Position numbers and translations under genes: made by a program. A stretch of 64,000 bases of DNA. It comes from Candidatus Moraniibacteriota bacterium (GTDB lineage Bacteria; Patescibacteriota; Minisyncoccia; Moranbacterales; GWC2-37-73). The stretch lies in the NCBI GenBank assembly GCA_035390125.1, contig DAOOTD010000002.1, positions 233,908-297,907 of the forward strand, in the 5' to 3' direction. Positions 9,829-20,141 of the stretch are shown here, piece by piece. Below the pieces are notes generated by a model, which was given only the letters and a program-made list of their open reading frames with translations, did no database searches and was not told the origin of the DNA. Position 1 is the first letter of the stretch, and every line of letters begins with the position of its first letter.

Positions 9829-9899
9829 CGGGGTGTAGTATACCGGTAGTACGCGTCCATGGGGTGGATGTAGACCGGGTTCAATTCCCGGCATCCCGA
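9829..9899 (+). tRNA. tRNA-Pro(GGG)
   Basis: Acceptor CGGGGTG/CATCCCG, anticodon arm CGTCC-ATGGGGT-GGATG, T arm CCGGG-TTCAATT-CCCGG; CCA not encoded. Confidence 0.93.
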
Positions 9900-9915
9900 C
9901 ATTAAAAATAAAACT

Positions 9916-10308
9916 ATGATTCAGCGCGCAGCAGTTATTGTGATAAAAAACAATAAAATACTTCTCATATATCGAAGAAGAAACAACTCTGAATATTTTG
10001 CAGTGCTGGGCGGACATATTGAAAATGGAGAATCTCCGGAAATTGCTGCTATCCGTGAATTGAGAGAAGAAACAAATTTGAATGCTGAAATTGACTATCT
10101 TTTTTTGGAAAATGAAGGCAATGGATGGCATAATTATTTTTTCATGGCAAAAAACATAAAAGGCGAGGCTACTTTTGGCGGAGAAGAACTTGAAAGAAAT
10201 AGCGAAGAAAATCATTATGAATTGAAATGGGTAGAATTATCCAAACTTTCTGAAGCCAATCTTTTACCAGTTGAAGTAAAGCAAAAAATTATCGAAAAAT
10301 TTATATGA
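9916..10308 (+). CDS. NUDIX hydrolase
   Basis: GGHIENGESPEIAAIRELREET Nudix box. Confidence 0.9.
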   Translation: MIQRAAVIVIKNNKILLIYRRRNNSEYFAVLGGHIENGESPEIAAIRELREETNLNAEIDYLFLENEGNGWHNYFFMAKNIKGEATFGGEELERNSEENHYELKWVELSKLSEANLLPVEVKQKIIEKFI

Positions 10309-10910
10309 CTTTTTTAAAACCTAAAAATAAATATACAATTGTTACTAAAAATATTATTCTTAATAATGAAAAAATTAAGTATACAATTCGCAGGCATAGA
10401 AAAGCAATAAGATTAAAAATAGCCATATCTTGTGATGGAAATTGTACAGTAACCTTGCCCTGGCGCTTAGGCTTATGGAATGCAGACGATTTTATCCGGC
10501 AAAATTCCAAATGGATTTTAGAGAAAACAGAAAAAATAAAAAAAATCAGCAACAATAACCTGCTTTTTCAGCAAAATAGGAAAGAATATCTTAAACTTAA
10601 AGAATATGCTAGAGATTTTGTCATAAAAAAAATCGAGAAACTTAATGAAGTTTATAAATTTGAATATAAAAAAATAATTATCAGAAATCAAAAAACAAGA
10701 TGGGGGAGCTGTAGTTCCAAGGGAAATTTGAATTTCAATTACAAAATAATATTTTTGCCGGAAGAATGTGTAAATTATATTATTGTTCACGAACTTTGCC
10801 ATCTTCGGGAATTTAATCATTCTGAAAAATTTTGGAATTTAGTAATGCATAATATTCCAGAATACAAAAAAATAAAAAAGCAAATAAAAGCTCTGCAGAA
10901 AGCTTTCTAA
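10305..10910 (+). CDS. M48/YgjP-like (DUF45) zinc metalloprotein
   Basis: RWGSCS, YIIVHELCHL, NHSEKFW. Confidence 0.9.
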   Translation: MTFLKPKNKYTIVTKNIILNNEKIKYTIRRHRKAIRLKIAISCDGNCTVTLPWRLGLWNADDFIRQNSKWILEKTEKIKKISNNNLLFQQNRKEYLKLKEYARDFVIKKIEKLNEVYKFEYKKIIIRNQKTRWGSCSSKGNLNFNYKIIFLPEECVNYIIVHELCHLREFNHSEKFWNLVMHNIPEYKKIKKQIKALQKAF

Positions 10911-10968
10911 AGTTATTGATAATTCGCTTAAGTTATTCATTTTTTAATATAATATATTTATAAAAAAT

Positions 10969-11631
10969 ATGCATAAATTATTCTTAGATATTGAAACCTT
11001 ACCAGCAGATGAAGAAAAAAAAGAAACTTTAAAAATTCTTTTTGACAAAAAGCATGATGAATTTAGCCAGGAAAAATTCGATGACTTTCTGGTCAAGACC
11101 AGTTTTGACGGCGCTTATGGTCGCATACTTTGCATTGGCTATGCAGTGGATGATGAAAAGCCTAAGAATTTTTACAATGAAAATAATGAAAAAAAGACAT
11201 TGCAGGAATTCTGGGATTTAGTGAATGCGCTCAGTATAGCTCCGCGCAACGTACAGTATCCAGATTACGGACTTATTTTTGTCGGTCATAACGTCATGGA
11301 TTTCGATCTAAGATTTATTTATCAGCGTTCCATAGTTCTCGGAGTAAAGCCGGCTTATGAAATAAATTTTGCGCGATACAGAAATTATCCGATTTTCGAT
11401 ACTATGAAAGAGTGGGTTAAATGGAGCAATAATGGTGTTGGTTTGGAATATTTGGCTTTAGCACTTGGCGTACCCTCACCGAAAGATGGAATTGATGGAT
11501 CACAAGTTGCTGAATTCTACAAACAAGGAAAAATAAATGATATTCTTGAATATTGTAAAAGAGATGTTGAAACTGCTCGGGAAATATACAAAAAAATGAC
11601 TTTTGAAAAGACGTCAAAAACATTATTTTGA
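10969..11631 (+). CDS. Predicted PolB-like 3'-5' exonuclease (DEDD)
   Basis: FLDIET, GHNVMDFD and YCKRDV exonuclease motifs. Confidence 0.85.
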   Translation: MHKLFLDIETLPADEEKKETLKILFDKKHDEFSQEKFDDFLVKTSFDGAYGRILCIGYAVDDEKPKNFYNENNEKKTLQEFWDLVNALSIAPRNVQYPDYGLIFVGHNVMDFDLRFIYQRSIVLGVKPAYEINFARYRNYPIFDTMKEWVKWSNNGVGLEYLALALGVPSPKDGIDGSQVAEFYKQGKINDILEYCKRDVETAREIYKKMTFEKTSKTLF

Positions 11632-11704
11632 GAAAATTTGTTATAAAATCATAGATATTTTGTATTATTGTCTGCAAGTATTAAAACTAGAGGAGGTGAT
11701 ATTT

Positions 11705-11917
11705 ATGAAAAAATTAAATGTGTTGGATTGGGTTGCTCTCGTGCTTGTAATTGTAGGGGCTGTGAACTGGGGTTTGTTAGGTTTATTTGGTTTTGACTTA
11801 GTGGCCGCCATTTTTGGCAGTATGTCATTATTGTCTAGAATTGTATATGGTCTGGTTGGACTTTCAGGAGTATACTTTATTTTTATAGTGAATATGTTGG
11901 GCAAAAAATCTGACTAA
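11705..11917 (+). CDS. DUF378 family small membrane protein
   Basis: LVIVGAVNWGLLGLFGFDLVAAIFG; SD GGAGGTG before ATG 11705. Confidence 0.9.
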   Translation: MKKLNVLDWVALVLVIVGAVNWGLLGLFGFDLVAAIFGSMSLLSRIVYGLVGLSGVYFIFIVNMLGKKSD

Positions 11918-11936
11918 ATGTTTTTTGGATCCAAAA

Positions 11937-11976
11937 AAGAAAAATTCCTAAGCTTCTGAGCGAAGGAATTTTTCTT
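11937..11976. terminator. Bidirectional terminator between DUF378 gene and rpmB
   Basis: AAGAAAAATTCCT...AGGAATTTTTCTT inverted repeat between convergent genes. Confidence 0.7.
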
Positions 11977-11992
11977 AAAATAATAGAAATAT

Positions 11993-12166
11993 TTATTTGC
12001 TTTTACTTTTGGTTTTTATACATTTTGTACAAATTTTTACTTTTTTGCCGTCAATTTTTTTAGTTTGAATATTGATTGCAAATTTTCTTCGGGTAGCTAT
12101 ATTTGAATGGCTTCGTGAATTTCCAAAAGTTGTTCCGCGGCCGCATATATTACATGCTCGACTCAT
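11993..12166 (-). CDS. rpmB: 50S ribosomal protein L28
   Basis: MSRACNICGRG..GNSRSHSNIATRRKF..N; start reassigned to ATG 12166. Confidence 0.95.
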   Translation of the reverse strand: MSRACNICGRGTTFGNSRSHSNIATRRKFAINIQTKKIDGKKVKICTKCIKTKSKSK

Positions 12167-12262
12167 ATGTTTTTTTATAATAATAATTTGATTTGTTACG
12201 CATTTCATTGTATCATGCACAAAGGGTTTTGGCAAGAGTGGATTTGTATAATTTGAAAGAAT

Positions 12263-12961
12263 ATGGATTTAAATTCTATAATATTTATAGGTTTTTACAT
12301 TGCAATATTAGTGTATTCAATAATAATACACGAAGTTTCTCATGGCTTTGTAGCGCTTTGGCTTGGAGATCCTACTGCAAAATATGCAGGCCGATTAAAT
12401 TTAAATCCGGTTAAGCATGTAGATATATGGGGATCAATTATTGTTCCTGTAGCGATGTTTGTTATGTCAGGTTTTGCATTCGGATGGGCAAAGCCTGTTC
12501 CTTATAATCCATATAACCTTAAAGATCATAAATGGGGGCCACTGGCAGTAGCCTTGGGTGGTCCAGGATCAAATATATTTATTGCTCTTGTTGCTGCTAT
12601 TGCAGCTAAGATTATTTTTATTCCCATGGCAGTAAAAACAGCCATAATTAACGGAGTAAAAACTGCCTCATGGGAACAAATATCTGCTATAGTTTCAGGA
12701 TCATTTGGTTCAATATTTTTCGCTTTTTTAATGATTGTAATTTTTTGGAATGTGCTTCTAGCCTTTTTTAATCTCATCCCCTTTCCGCCACTGGATGGTT
12801 CTAAACTGCTTTTTACTATTTTTTCATTTAAGACAGAAACTATAATGATGATGGAGCAATACGGTTTTATGTTGTTAATTTTGTGCGTTATAATTTTTTC
12901 AGCGCCTTTAGGTTATTTTATTAATACTATGTTGAATATATTTTTCGGTATAGCAATATAA
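12263..12961 (+). CDS. Site-2 protease (M50) family membrane metalloprotease
   Basis: HEVSHG, GWAKPVP, FNLIPFPPLDG. Confidence 0.93.
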   Translation: MDLNSIIFIGFYIAILVYSIIIHEVSHGFVALWLGDPTAKYAGRLNLNPVKHVDIWGSIIVPVAMFVMSGFAFGWAKPVPYNPYNLKDHKWGPLAVALGGPGSNIFIALVAAIAAKIIFIPMAVKTAIINGVKTASWEQISAIVSGSFGSIFFAFLMIVIFWNVLLAFFNLIPFPPLDGSKLLFTIFSFKTETIMMMEQYGFMLLILCVIIFSAPLGYFINTMLNIFFGIAI

Positions 12962-12995
12962 ATATAAAAATAGTACATTAAAAAGGAGGGAAGGA

Positions 12996-13493
12996 GTGAT
13001 GCGAAACAAAGAAATGGTTGTTGTTTTTCCTATAATTGATTTTGTATCCGAAAAATTTGTGTTGCTCGGAGAAAGACAAAAAGATCCATGGAAAAATCTA
13101 TTTTCCGGTTTCGGAGGAAATATGGAAGAAGGTGATGAGAATCCTTGCCAAAGACAGATTCTTGAACTTGAACAGGAAGCAGTAATAATAGCTAAAGAAA
13201 CGGATCTTATAAAGAAAGCTAAATTTTTTATTGATATAAAAGGAAAAGAACCAAAAACACTTCATGTCTATACCATTGATAAATTTTCAGGAGGAGGTAA
13301 GTGCACTGAAGAAATGCACCCAAAATGGTTTTCCTTTAGGAATCTTCCTATTCATAAAATGATCAAAGGGGATGAGTTTTGGGTTCCTGGGATTCTTGCT
13401 GGAGAATATTTGACCGGAACAATATTTCGGGATGAAAATCTTAATTTTCTCGATATTAAAGTTAAATTCGCCAGTCCTCGCTTTCTTCGTTAA
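12996..13493 (+). CDS. NUDIX hydrolase (MutT/MTH1-like, degenerate box)
   Basis: GFGGNMEEGD..ELEQEA, TEEMHPKWF..LPIHKM..D. Confidence 0.75.
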   Translation: MMRNKEMVVVFPIIDFVSEKFVLLGERQKDPWKNLFSGFGGNMEEGDENPCQRQILELEQEAVIIAKETDLIKKAKFFIDIKGKEPKTLHVYTIDKFSGGGKCTEEMHPKWFSFRNLPIHKMIKGDEFWVPGILAGEYLTGTIFRDENLNFLDIKVKFASPRFLR

Positions 13494-13547
13494 TTTAAAT
13501 AATTAATAGGGATGTCTTTTAAGTGGGCATCCCGTTTTATTTTAATA

Positions 13548-13576
13548 TTGACACGTTTTAAAATATCGTTTATTAT
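13548..13576 (+). promoter_or_regulatory. Promoter of the str operon
   Basis: TTGACA-17 bp-TATTAT, downstream of a terminator hairpin at about 13509-13538. Confidence 0.7.
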
Positions 13577-13676
13577 AATTTTGCTATTCAAAAAGCCGTT
13601 TTTATATAAGACGAAGATGCTACTTGTAGCACCTAGGTTTTAATTTTTAAACTTTAAGTTTTTGATTTTTTAGAAT

Positions 13677-14099
13677 ATGCCAACAATAAATCAGTTAATG
13701 AAGAAAAAAAGGAAATCTACATCCAAAAAAACAAAATCACCTGCTATAATGATGACTTTTAACACGCTTAAAAATAAACCAAAAAAAACAGTCAATCCTT
13801 TTAAGCGCGGAGTTTGCATTAAGGTTGGTACTACAACACCTAAAAAGCCAAATTCAGCGCTTCGAAAAATAGCTCGCGTAAAACTTACAAATGGCATGGA
13901 AGTAACAGCATACATTCCAGGAATTGGACATAATCTCCAAGAGCATTCAATTGTTATGATTCGAGGAGGACGCGTTAAAGATCTTTCTGGAGTGCGTTAT
14001 CATATTGTTCGCGGAGTACTTGATAGTGCCGGAACAGATAAAAGAAACAGAAGCCGTAGTAAATATGGAACTAAAAAACCAAAAATAAAAGCTGAATAA
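13677..14099 (+). CDS. rpsL: 30S ribosomal protein S12
   Basis: [24 protein letters not shown]. Confidence 0.99.
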   Translation: MPTINQLMKKKRKSTSKKTKSPAIMMTFNTLKNKPKKTVNPFKRGVCIKVGTTTPKKPNSALRKIARVKLTNGMEVTAYIPGIGHNLQEHSIVMIRGGRVKDLSGVRYHIVRGVLDSAGTDKRNRSRSKYGTKKPKIKAE

Positions 14100-14119
14100 T
14101 ATTTTAATTTAAGAAGAAA

Positions 14120-14587
14120 ATGGCAAGAAGAAAAAGAACATTTCAGAAAAAGTGGAAAGCGGACTCAAGATATGGAAATATTTTAGTGGGTCGTTTTATA
14201 GGCAATTTAGTGAAAAATGGAAAGCGTAATATTGCTGAAAAAATTATTTACGATTGCTTTGATATTATTCATGATCGAACTAAAAAGGGCGGACTTAATA
14301 TTTTTGAACAGGCAATTAAAAACGTTTCGCCACTTTTAGAGCTTAAATCAAAAAGAATAGGAGGAGCAAATTATCAAGTGCCAATACAGGTTAGCGGAGA
14401 AAGAAGGCAAACTCTTGCAATTCGCTGGATATTGACTGCTGTACGTTCACGTAAAGGTAAAAAAATGGCAGAAAAATTGGCTGATGAACTTATTGATGCA
14501 TCAAATAAAGTTGGAAGTGCAATAAAAAAGCGTGACGATACGCACAGAATGGCTGAAGCCAACAAAGCTTTTGCTCATTTTGCATAA
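14120..14587 (+). CDS. rpsG: 30S ribosomal protein S7
   Basis: RIGGANYQVP, HRMAEANKAFAHF. Confidence 0.99.
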   Translation: MARRKRTFQKKWKADSRYGNILVGRFIGNLVKNGKRNIAEKIIYDCFDIIHDRTKKGGLNIFEQAIKNVSPLLELKSKRIGGANYQVPIQVSGERRQTLAIRWILTAVRSRKGKKMAEKLADELIDASNKVGSAIKKRDDTHRMAEANKAFAHFA

Positions 14588-14634
14588 TTTTTATACAAGA
14601 ACTTTTTTAATATAAAAGTAAAAGTTAATTAAGT

Positions 14635-16710
14635 ATGGCCAAGGACATTTCTAAACTGAGAAATATAGGTATTATAGCTCACATAGACGGCGGGAAAACA
14701 ACAACCACAGAGCGTATTTTATTTTATACTGGAATTACTCATAAAATCGGAGAAGTACATGAGGGTGAAGCAACAATGGACTGGATGGAACAGGAACGCG
14801 AACGTGGAATTACAATTACCAGTGCGGCTACGACTTGTTTCTGGAAAGAGCATCAAATTAATATAATTGATACTCCCGGACATGTGGATTTTACAGTTGA
14901 AGTAGAAAGATCGCTGCGGGTGCTTGATGGCGCAGTGGTTATTTTTGACGGAAAAGAAGGAGTAGAACCACAATCTGAAACTGTTTGGCGCCAAGCTGAC
15001 AAATATCATGTCCCGCGCATGTGTTTCGTAAATAAGATTGATAAGGAAGGGGCTGATTTTAATTTTGTCATGAAATCAATCTGGAATCGTTTGACTCCGA
15101 ATGCAGTAGCCATTCAAATTCCGATCGGAGAAAGAAGTGAATTTAGTGGTGTTGTTGATCTTATCAAAATGAAATCCTACACATTCGAAGGTAATATGGG
15201 AGAAAAAGTTGTAGAGAATGAAGTTCCAGCAGAGCTTTTGGAAAAAGCCAAAGAAATGCGAGAAAAGATGATTGAAAAAATTTCAGAAACAGATGATGCG
15301 CTAACTGAAAAATATCTGAATGGAGAAGAAATTTCTATTGAAGAACTCAAGACGGCGCTTCGCAAAGCGGTTATTGACGTAAAAATTGTACCTGTGCTTA
15401 CAGGAACAGCTCTTCGTAACAAGGGGGTTCAGTTAGTTCTAGATGCAGTTGTAGAATATTTGCCATCACCTATTGATATTCCTCCAGTTAAGGGGAATAG
15501 TCCGAAAGATGGAATAGAAATTGAAAGAAAAGCCGATAACAGTGAACCATTTTCAGCTTTAGCTTTTAAAATTGCTACAGATCCTTTCGTGGGTCAGCTG
15601 ACTTTCTTCCGTGTTTATTCAGGAACATTAAAGGCTGGGTCATATGTTATAAATTCAACCAAAGGAGAAAAAGAAAGGATCGGACGCATACTGCAGATGC
15701 ATGCTAATCACCGCGAAGAAATTCAGGAAATTTCTGCGGGTGGAATCGGCGCGCTTGTTGGACTCAAAAATACGACAACCGGAGATACTCTTTGCGATGA
15801 ACAAAACCAGATTATATTGGAAAATATTACTTTTCCAGAACCAGTTATTGATATTGCTGTTGAACCAAAAACTAAAGCTGATCAGGAGAAAATGGGAATG
15901 GCTCTCAGAAAATTGGCCGGTGAAGATCCAACCCTACGTCTTAGAACTGATGAAGAAAGCGGACAGACAATTATCTCTGGAATGGGAGAACTTCACCTAG
16001 ATATCATTATTGATCGCATGAAACGGGAATTTAATGTTGAAGCCAATATCGGTCAGCCGCAAGTTGCTTATAGGGAAACGATTAAAACAGAAGCGCAGGC
16101 GGAAGGAAAATATATTCGTCAATCTGGAGGACGTGGACAATATGGTCATTGCTGGCTAAAAGTTGAACCGCAAGAACCAGGTAAGGGTTATGAATTTGTT
16201 GATGAAATCAAAGGTGGAGTTATTCCCCAAGAATATATTAAGCCAGTTAATGCTGGAGTTAAAGAAGCTTTAGAAAATGGAGTCTTAGCTGGTTATCCAA
16301 TGGTAGATGTTAAAGTTACATTATATGACGGATCTTTCCATGAAGTCGATTCTTCTGAAGCAGCTTTTAAAATTGCTGGGTCTATGGCTGTGCAAGAAGC
16401 TGTAAAAAGAGCTAATCCAGTTATCTTAGAGCCAATTATGAAAGTTGTAGTTACAACGCCAGAACAATTCATGGGAGATGTAGTAGGAGACATAAACTCA
16501 CGAAGGGGAATGATAAAAGAGATCAATGATCGTGGAGAAGGTAATGCGAGAGTTAAAGAAATTGAATCAGAGGTTCCATTGGCAAATATGTTTGGATATG
16601 CAACACAAATGAGAAGCATGACTCAGGGACGAGCCAGTTACTACATGGAATTTTCACGCTACAGTGAAGTCCCAAAAAATGTAGCTGAGGGGATAATCAC
16701 GAAGAAATAA
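14635..16710 (+). CDS. fusA: Elongation factor G
   Basis: [29 protein letters not shown]. Confidence 0.99.
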   Translation: MAKDISKLRNIGIIAHIDGGKTTTTERILFYTGITHKIGEVHEGEATMDWMEQERERGITITSAATTCFWKEHQINIIDTPGHVDFTVEVERSLRVLDGAVVIFDGKEGVEPQSETVWRQADKYHVPRMCFVNKIDKEGADFNFVMKSIWNRLTPNAVAIQIPIGERSEFSGVVDLIKMKSYTFEGNMGEKVVENEVPAELLEKAKEMREKMIEKISETDDALTEKYLNGEEISIEELKTALRKAVIDVKIVPVLTGTALRNKGVQLVLDAVVEYLPSPIDIPPVKGNSPKDGIEIERKADNSEPFSALAFKIATDPFVGQLTFFRVYSGTLKAGSYVINSTKGEKERIGRILQMHANHREEIQEISAGGIGALVGLKNTTTGDTLCDEQNQIILENITFPEPVIDIAVEPKTKADQEKMGMALRKLAGEDPTLRLRTDEESGQTIISGMGELHLDIIIDRMKREFNVEANIGQPQVAYRETIKTEAQAEGKYIRQSGGRGQYGHCWLKVEPQEPGKGYEFVDEIKGGVIPQEYIKPVNAGVKEALENGVLAGYPMVDVKVTLYDGSFHEVDSSEAAFKIAGSMAVQEAVKRANPVILEPIMKVVVTTPEQFMGDVVGDINSRRGMIKEINDRGEGNARVKEIESEVPLANMFGYATQMRSMTQGRASYYMEFSRYSEVPKNVAEGIITKK

Positions 16711-16859
16711 ACTTAAATATTTCATAAAAGCAACTTCACATGAGGTTGTTTTTTAAAGTAAAAAATCATGACTTTTTGAATATAGAAAAAGGAACACAAT
16801 TATTTGTGCTCCTTTTTAATTTTGTTCTTTATAAGTATTTAACAATAAAGCCTTTTTTA

Positions 16860-17327
16860 TCACTTGGGAAATGGGTGATAAATCGCTTTGCTTACAAGCC
16901 ATCCCTGACCATAGCTTGTTTCACTTAAATAACCTTTATGACCAAATTTTTTTGCTACATGAGAAGCTAGTGCCGGAACGAGGTCAAGATGTGATATTCC
17001 GAGAAGAATAGTATTTTCACGAAGATTTTCGTCCAGAAGTTTTTTGACCTCATCAATATTTGGGAAATGGCCATTGTCTTCCCAGAGGCACTCTTTAAAA
17101 ATTACCATTGCAGCAGGAATACCCAGTTCTTCTGCAATAAGTTGCCCTCCCTGTTGGGCTCTTGGCGCCGTTGAACAAATAAGGGTCACAGGAAAATTAT
17201 TAACATTCATTTCTTTTATTTGCTGAGCAACTTTTATCATCTGTTCCCGACCCCTTTCACTTAAATTTCTACTGTCATCATAACTCCCATGTCGTATTGC
17301 TATAAAAACAGTATCGCTTTTTTCCAT
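16860..17327 (-). CDS. Histidine phosphatase superfamily (SixA-like) protein
   Basis: IAIRHG, LSERGREQ, STAPRAQQ, ISH motifs; SD AAGGAGGG before ATG 17327. Confidence 0.8.
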   Translation of the reverse strand: MEKSDTVFIAIRHGSYDDSRNLSERGREQMIKVAQQIKEMNVNNFPVTLICSTAPRAQQGGQLIAEELGIPAAMVIFKECLWEDNGHFPNIDEVKKLLDENLRENTILLGISHLDLVPALASHVAKKFGHKGYLSETSYGQGWLVSKAIYHPFPK

Positions 17328-17522
17328 AAAACCCTCCTTTATTTTTTTTGGTACTATAATAAGTAAAATAAAATATTTTGTTAATGTCAAATAGGTATGT
17401 GTAAAGATATTACTAAAGCAATTGTTCTAAAAATAGCACGTACCAATGTAAACATAAAAAAGGCTTTTTTAAGGCAAAAACAAATATTATGAAAAGCAGG
17501 GCTTTAAATGCAGCTTTTTCTC

Positions 17523-17550
17523 TTGACAAGATTTTATAGTAGTGTAGAAT
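17523..17550 (+). promoter_or_regulatory. Promoter upstream of tuf
   Basis: TTGACA-16 bp-TAGAAT. Confidence 0.6.
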
Positions 17551-17706
17551 GAATCATGTATCGAATTTTCCTTAAAAGGAATTTTTGTGTTTGCTTAAAA
17601 AAGAAATTTATTATATAGTAAATAAATAAAATTTAAAATAAATTATCTTAATTAATTACGCAACGTGAGGGCTATTAAAACCCTAAGCGTTAGCGAAAAA
17701 AATATT

Positions 17707-18900
17707 ATGGCAGCAGAAAAATTTGATCGCTCAAAACCTCATGTAAATGTGGGGACAATCGGACATGTTGACCACGGAAAGACTACTCTTACCGCGGCCA
17801 TTCTTCATTGTCTGAGTTTAAAAGGTTTTGCCAAGGAAAAAAATGTTAATGAAATTGATAACGCTCCTGAAGAAAGGGAACGTGGAATTACTATTGCTAC
17901 ATCCCACTGCGAATACGAATCTGATAAACGTCATTATGCTCATGTAGACTGTCCTGGGCATGCAGACTATATTAAAAATATGATTACCGGAGCAGCTCAA
18001 ATGGATGGTGCTATTCTCGTAGTTAGCGCAACTGATGGACCTATGCCTCAGACGAGAGAGCATATTTTACTTGCTCGCCAAGTAGGTGTGCCTGCAATTG
18101 TTGTTTTTATAAATAAAGTTGATATGGTAGATGATCCTGAGTTAGTTGATTTAGTTGAAGCAGAAATTCGTGAACTTCTAACTAAACAGGAATTTGACGG
18201 GGAAAATGCTGCTATTATACGTGGTTCAGCTATTAAAGCTCTTGAAACTAAATCAGTTGATGACGCTGATGCTAAGCCAATATTTGACCTAATTGATGCT
18301 TTAGATGCGCAAATACCAGATCCTGTTCGCGATACTGAGAAACCATTTTTGATGCCCATTGAAGATATTTTCTCAATTGAAGGTCGCGGAACAGTAGTAA
18401 CAGGAAGAATTGAACGTGGTACAATAAATATAAATGAAGAAGTTGAAATCGTTGGTCTTAAACCAAGCGCTAAAACAGTTGTGACTGGAATAGAAATGTT
18501 TAATAAATCACTTGATAAAGGACAGGCTGGAGACAACGCCGGACTTTTACTAAGGGGGATCAAAAAAGAAGATATTGAGCGTGGACAAGTTCTTGCAAAA
18601 CCAGGTTCGATTACTCCTCATTCTGAGTTTGAAGGAGAAGTATATATTCTTACAAAAGAAGAAGGCGGAAGGCATACTCCATTTTTCAAGGGCTATAAAC
18701 CTCAATTTTATGTTAGAACGACTGATGTGACTGGGGAGGTCATTTTGCCAGAAGGAACTGAGATGGTTATGCCTGGAGACACTATTCATTTAACTATAAA
18801 ATTGATTTCTCCTGTGGCTATGGAAGAAGGAATGCGCTTCGCGATTCGTGAGGGAGGAAAAACAGTTGGAGCTGGTGCAACGACAAAAATTATCAAATAG
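17707..18900 (+). CDS. tuf: Elongation factor Tu
   Basis: [21 protein letters not shown]; ATG 17707 (MAAEKF). Confidence 0.99.
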   Translation: MAAEKFDRSKPHVNVGTIGHVDHGKTTLTAAILHCLSLKGFAKEKNVNEIDNAPEERERGITIATSHCEYESDKRHYAHVDCPGHADYIKNMITGAAQMDGAILVVSATDGPMPQTREHILLARQVGVPAIVVFINKVDMVDDPELVDLVEAEIRELLTKQEFDGENAAIIRGSAIKALETKSVDDADAKPIFDLIDALDAQIPDPVRDTEKPFLMPIEDIFSIEGRGTVVTGRIERGTININEEVEIVGLKPSAKTVVTGIEMFNKSLDKGQAGDNAGLLLRGIKKEDIERGQVLAKPGSITPHSEFEGEVYILTKEEGGRHTPFFKGYKPQFYVRTTDVTGEVILPEGTEMVMPGDTIHLTIKLISPVAMEEGMRFAIREGGKTVGAGATTKIIK

Positions 18901-19049
18901 TTTTGGATAAACCAAGCAGACATAATTAAAATTGTGTCTGCGAATGTTTACCCCGGGCGAGTATTTTTATCGAAAAAATTGTTTTATATTTTTTTAAAAG
19001 GGTAAATGAAATAATTTTAAAAAGTAATTTGTTATTTTATTAGAATTAG

Positions 19050-19385
19050 ATGGTAGGGAAAAAAACAGATTCAGAACAATTATCAAATCGGATCAGAATC
19101 AAAATCAAAGCGTATGATAATAAGGTTATTGATCAATCAGCGCGGAAGATTGTTGAGACAGCAGAAAGATCAGGATCTCGTATTACGGGTCCTGTTCCGC
19201 TTCCTACAGAGATCCATAAAATGACTGTTAATAAATCAACATTCGTTTATAAGGATGCAAGAGATCAATATGAAATGAGAATACACAAAAGACTCATTGA
19301 TATATGGAATCCTAACCAGAAAACTGTGGAAAACCTGACAAGTTTGGATCTGCCTGCGGGAGTTGATATTGAAATAAAAATGTGA
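19050..19385 (+). CDS. rpsJ: 30S ribosomal protein S10
   Basis: [33 protein letters not shown]. Confidence 0.98.
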   Translation: MVGKKTDSEQLSNRIRIKIKAYDNKVIDQSARKIVETAERSGSRITGPVPLPTEIHKMTVNKSTFVYKDARDQYEMRIHKRLIDIWNPNQKTVENLTSLDLPAGVDIEIKM

Positions 19386-19557
19386 CACAAGTAATTGCGG
19401 GTGCATAAGCAGTTTAATTTTGTTTAAAATCTCGCGATTATTTGTAAACTAGTTAAAGTCCGTTTAGGGCGGATACTCAACTAGCTAAGTCGGAAGTATT
19501 CCGACAAATGCTGGCTGAAAAGCTAGTTTTTTATTAGAAAAAAATTCAAAGAAAATT

Positions 19558-20121
19558 ATGGCAAAATATATACTCGGAAAAAAAATAGGAATGACCACAT
19601 TGTATGATAAAAATCAAGGAGCTTTAAATGTGACTCTTGTTGAGTGTCAACCAAATACAGTTTCCGTCCTAAAAAACAAGGAAAAAAATGGTTATAATGG
19701 AGTGCAATTAGAAATTTTAAAAACCAAAAATAAGGTTTATCGCAAGGAATTTCGTTTGGAAGAAGATCCTAAGAATGAGGTTGGTAGTAAAATCACTGTA
19801 GAAAATTTTCAGGTGGGTGACATAGTGAAAGTCAGCGGAATCTCAAAAGCTAAGGGTTTTCAAGGTGTTGTAAAAAGACACGGTTTCAAAGGTGCTCCAA
19901 AAAGCCATGGTCACAAGCATGATCTTAGAGCACCAGGATCAATCGGTGCACAGCAGCCGCAGCATGTTATTAAAGGAAAAAGAATGGCGGGAAGAACTGG
20001 AGGTAAAAGAGCAACAGTTAAAAATATGAAAATTGTGCATATAGATGTCGAGAAAAATATTTTGGCAATAAAAGGGGGAATCCCAGGTGTTTCTGGGAGA
20101 ATAGTTGAAATAAGAGGGTAA
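19558..20121 (+). CDS. rplC: 50S ribosomal protein L3 (short form)
   Basis: GKKIGMT, KGFQGVVKRHGF, RAPGSIG. Confidence 0.97.
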   Translation: MAKYILGKKIGMTTLYDKNQGALNVTLVECQPNTVSVLKNKEKNGYNGVQLEILKTKNKVYRKEFRLEEDPKNEVGSKITVENFQVGDIVKVSGISKAKGFQGVVKRHGFKGAPKSHGHKHDLRAPGSIGAQQPQHVIKGKRMAGRTGGKRATVKNMKIVHIDVEKNILAIKGGIPGVSGRIVEIRG

Positions 20122-20141
20122 ATGTATTATATCCAATAATT

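Noticed and set aside
9829-11917. Integrated element or prophage at tRNA-Pro (or at tRNA-Gln)
   Set aside because: No integrase, no duplicated tRNA 3' end and no phage genes seen.
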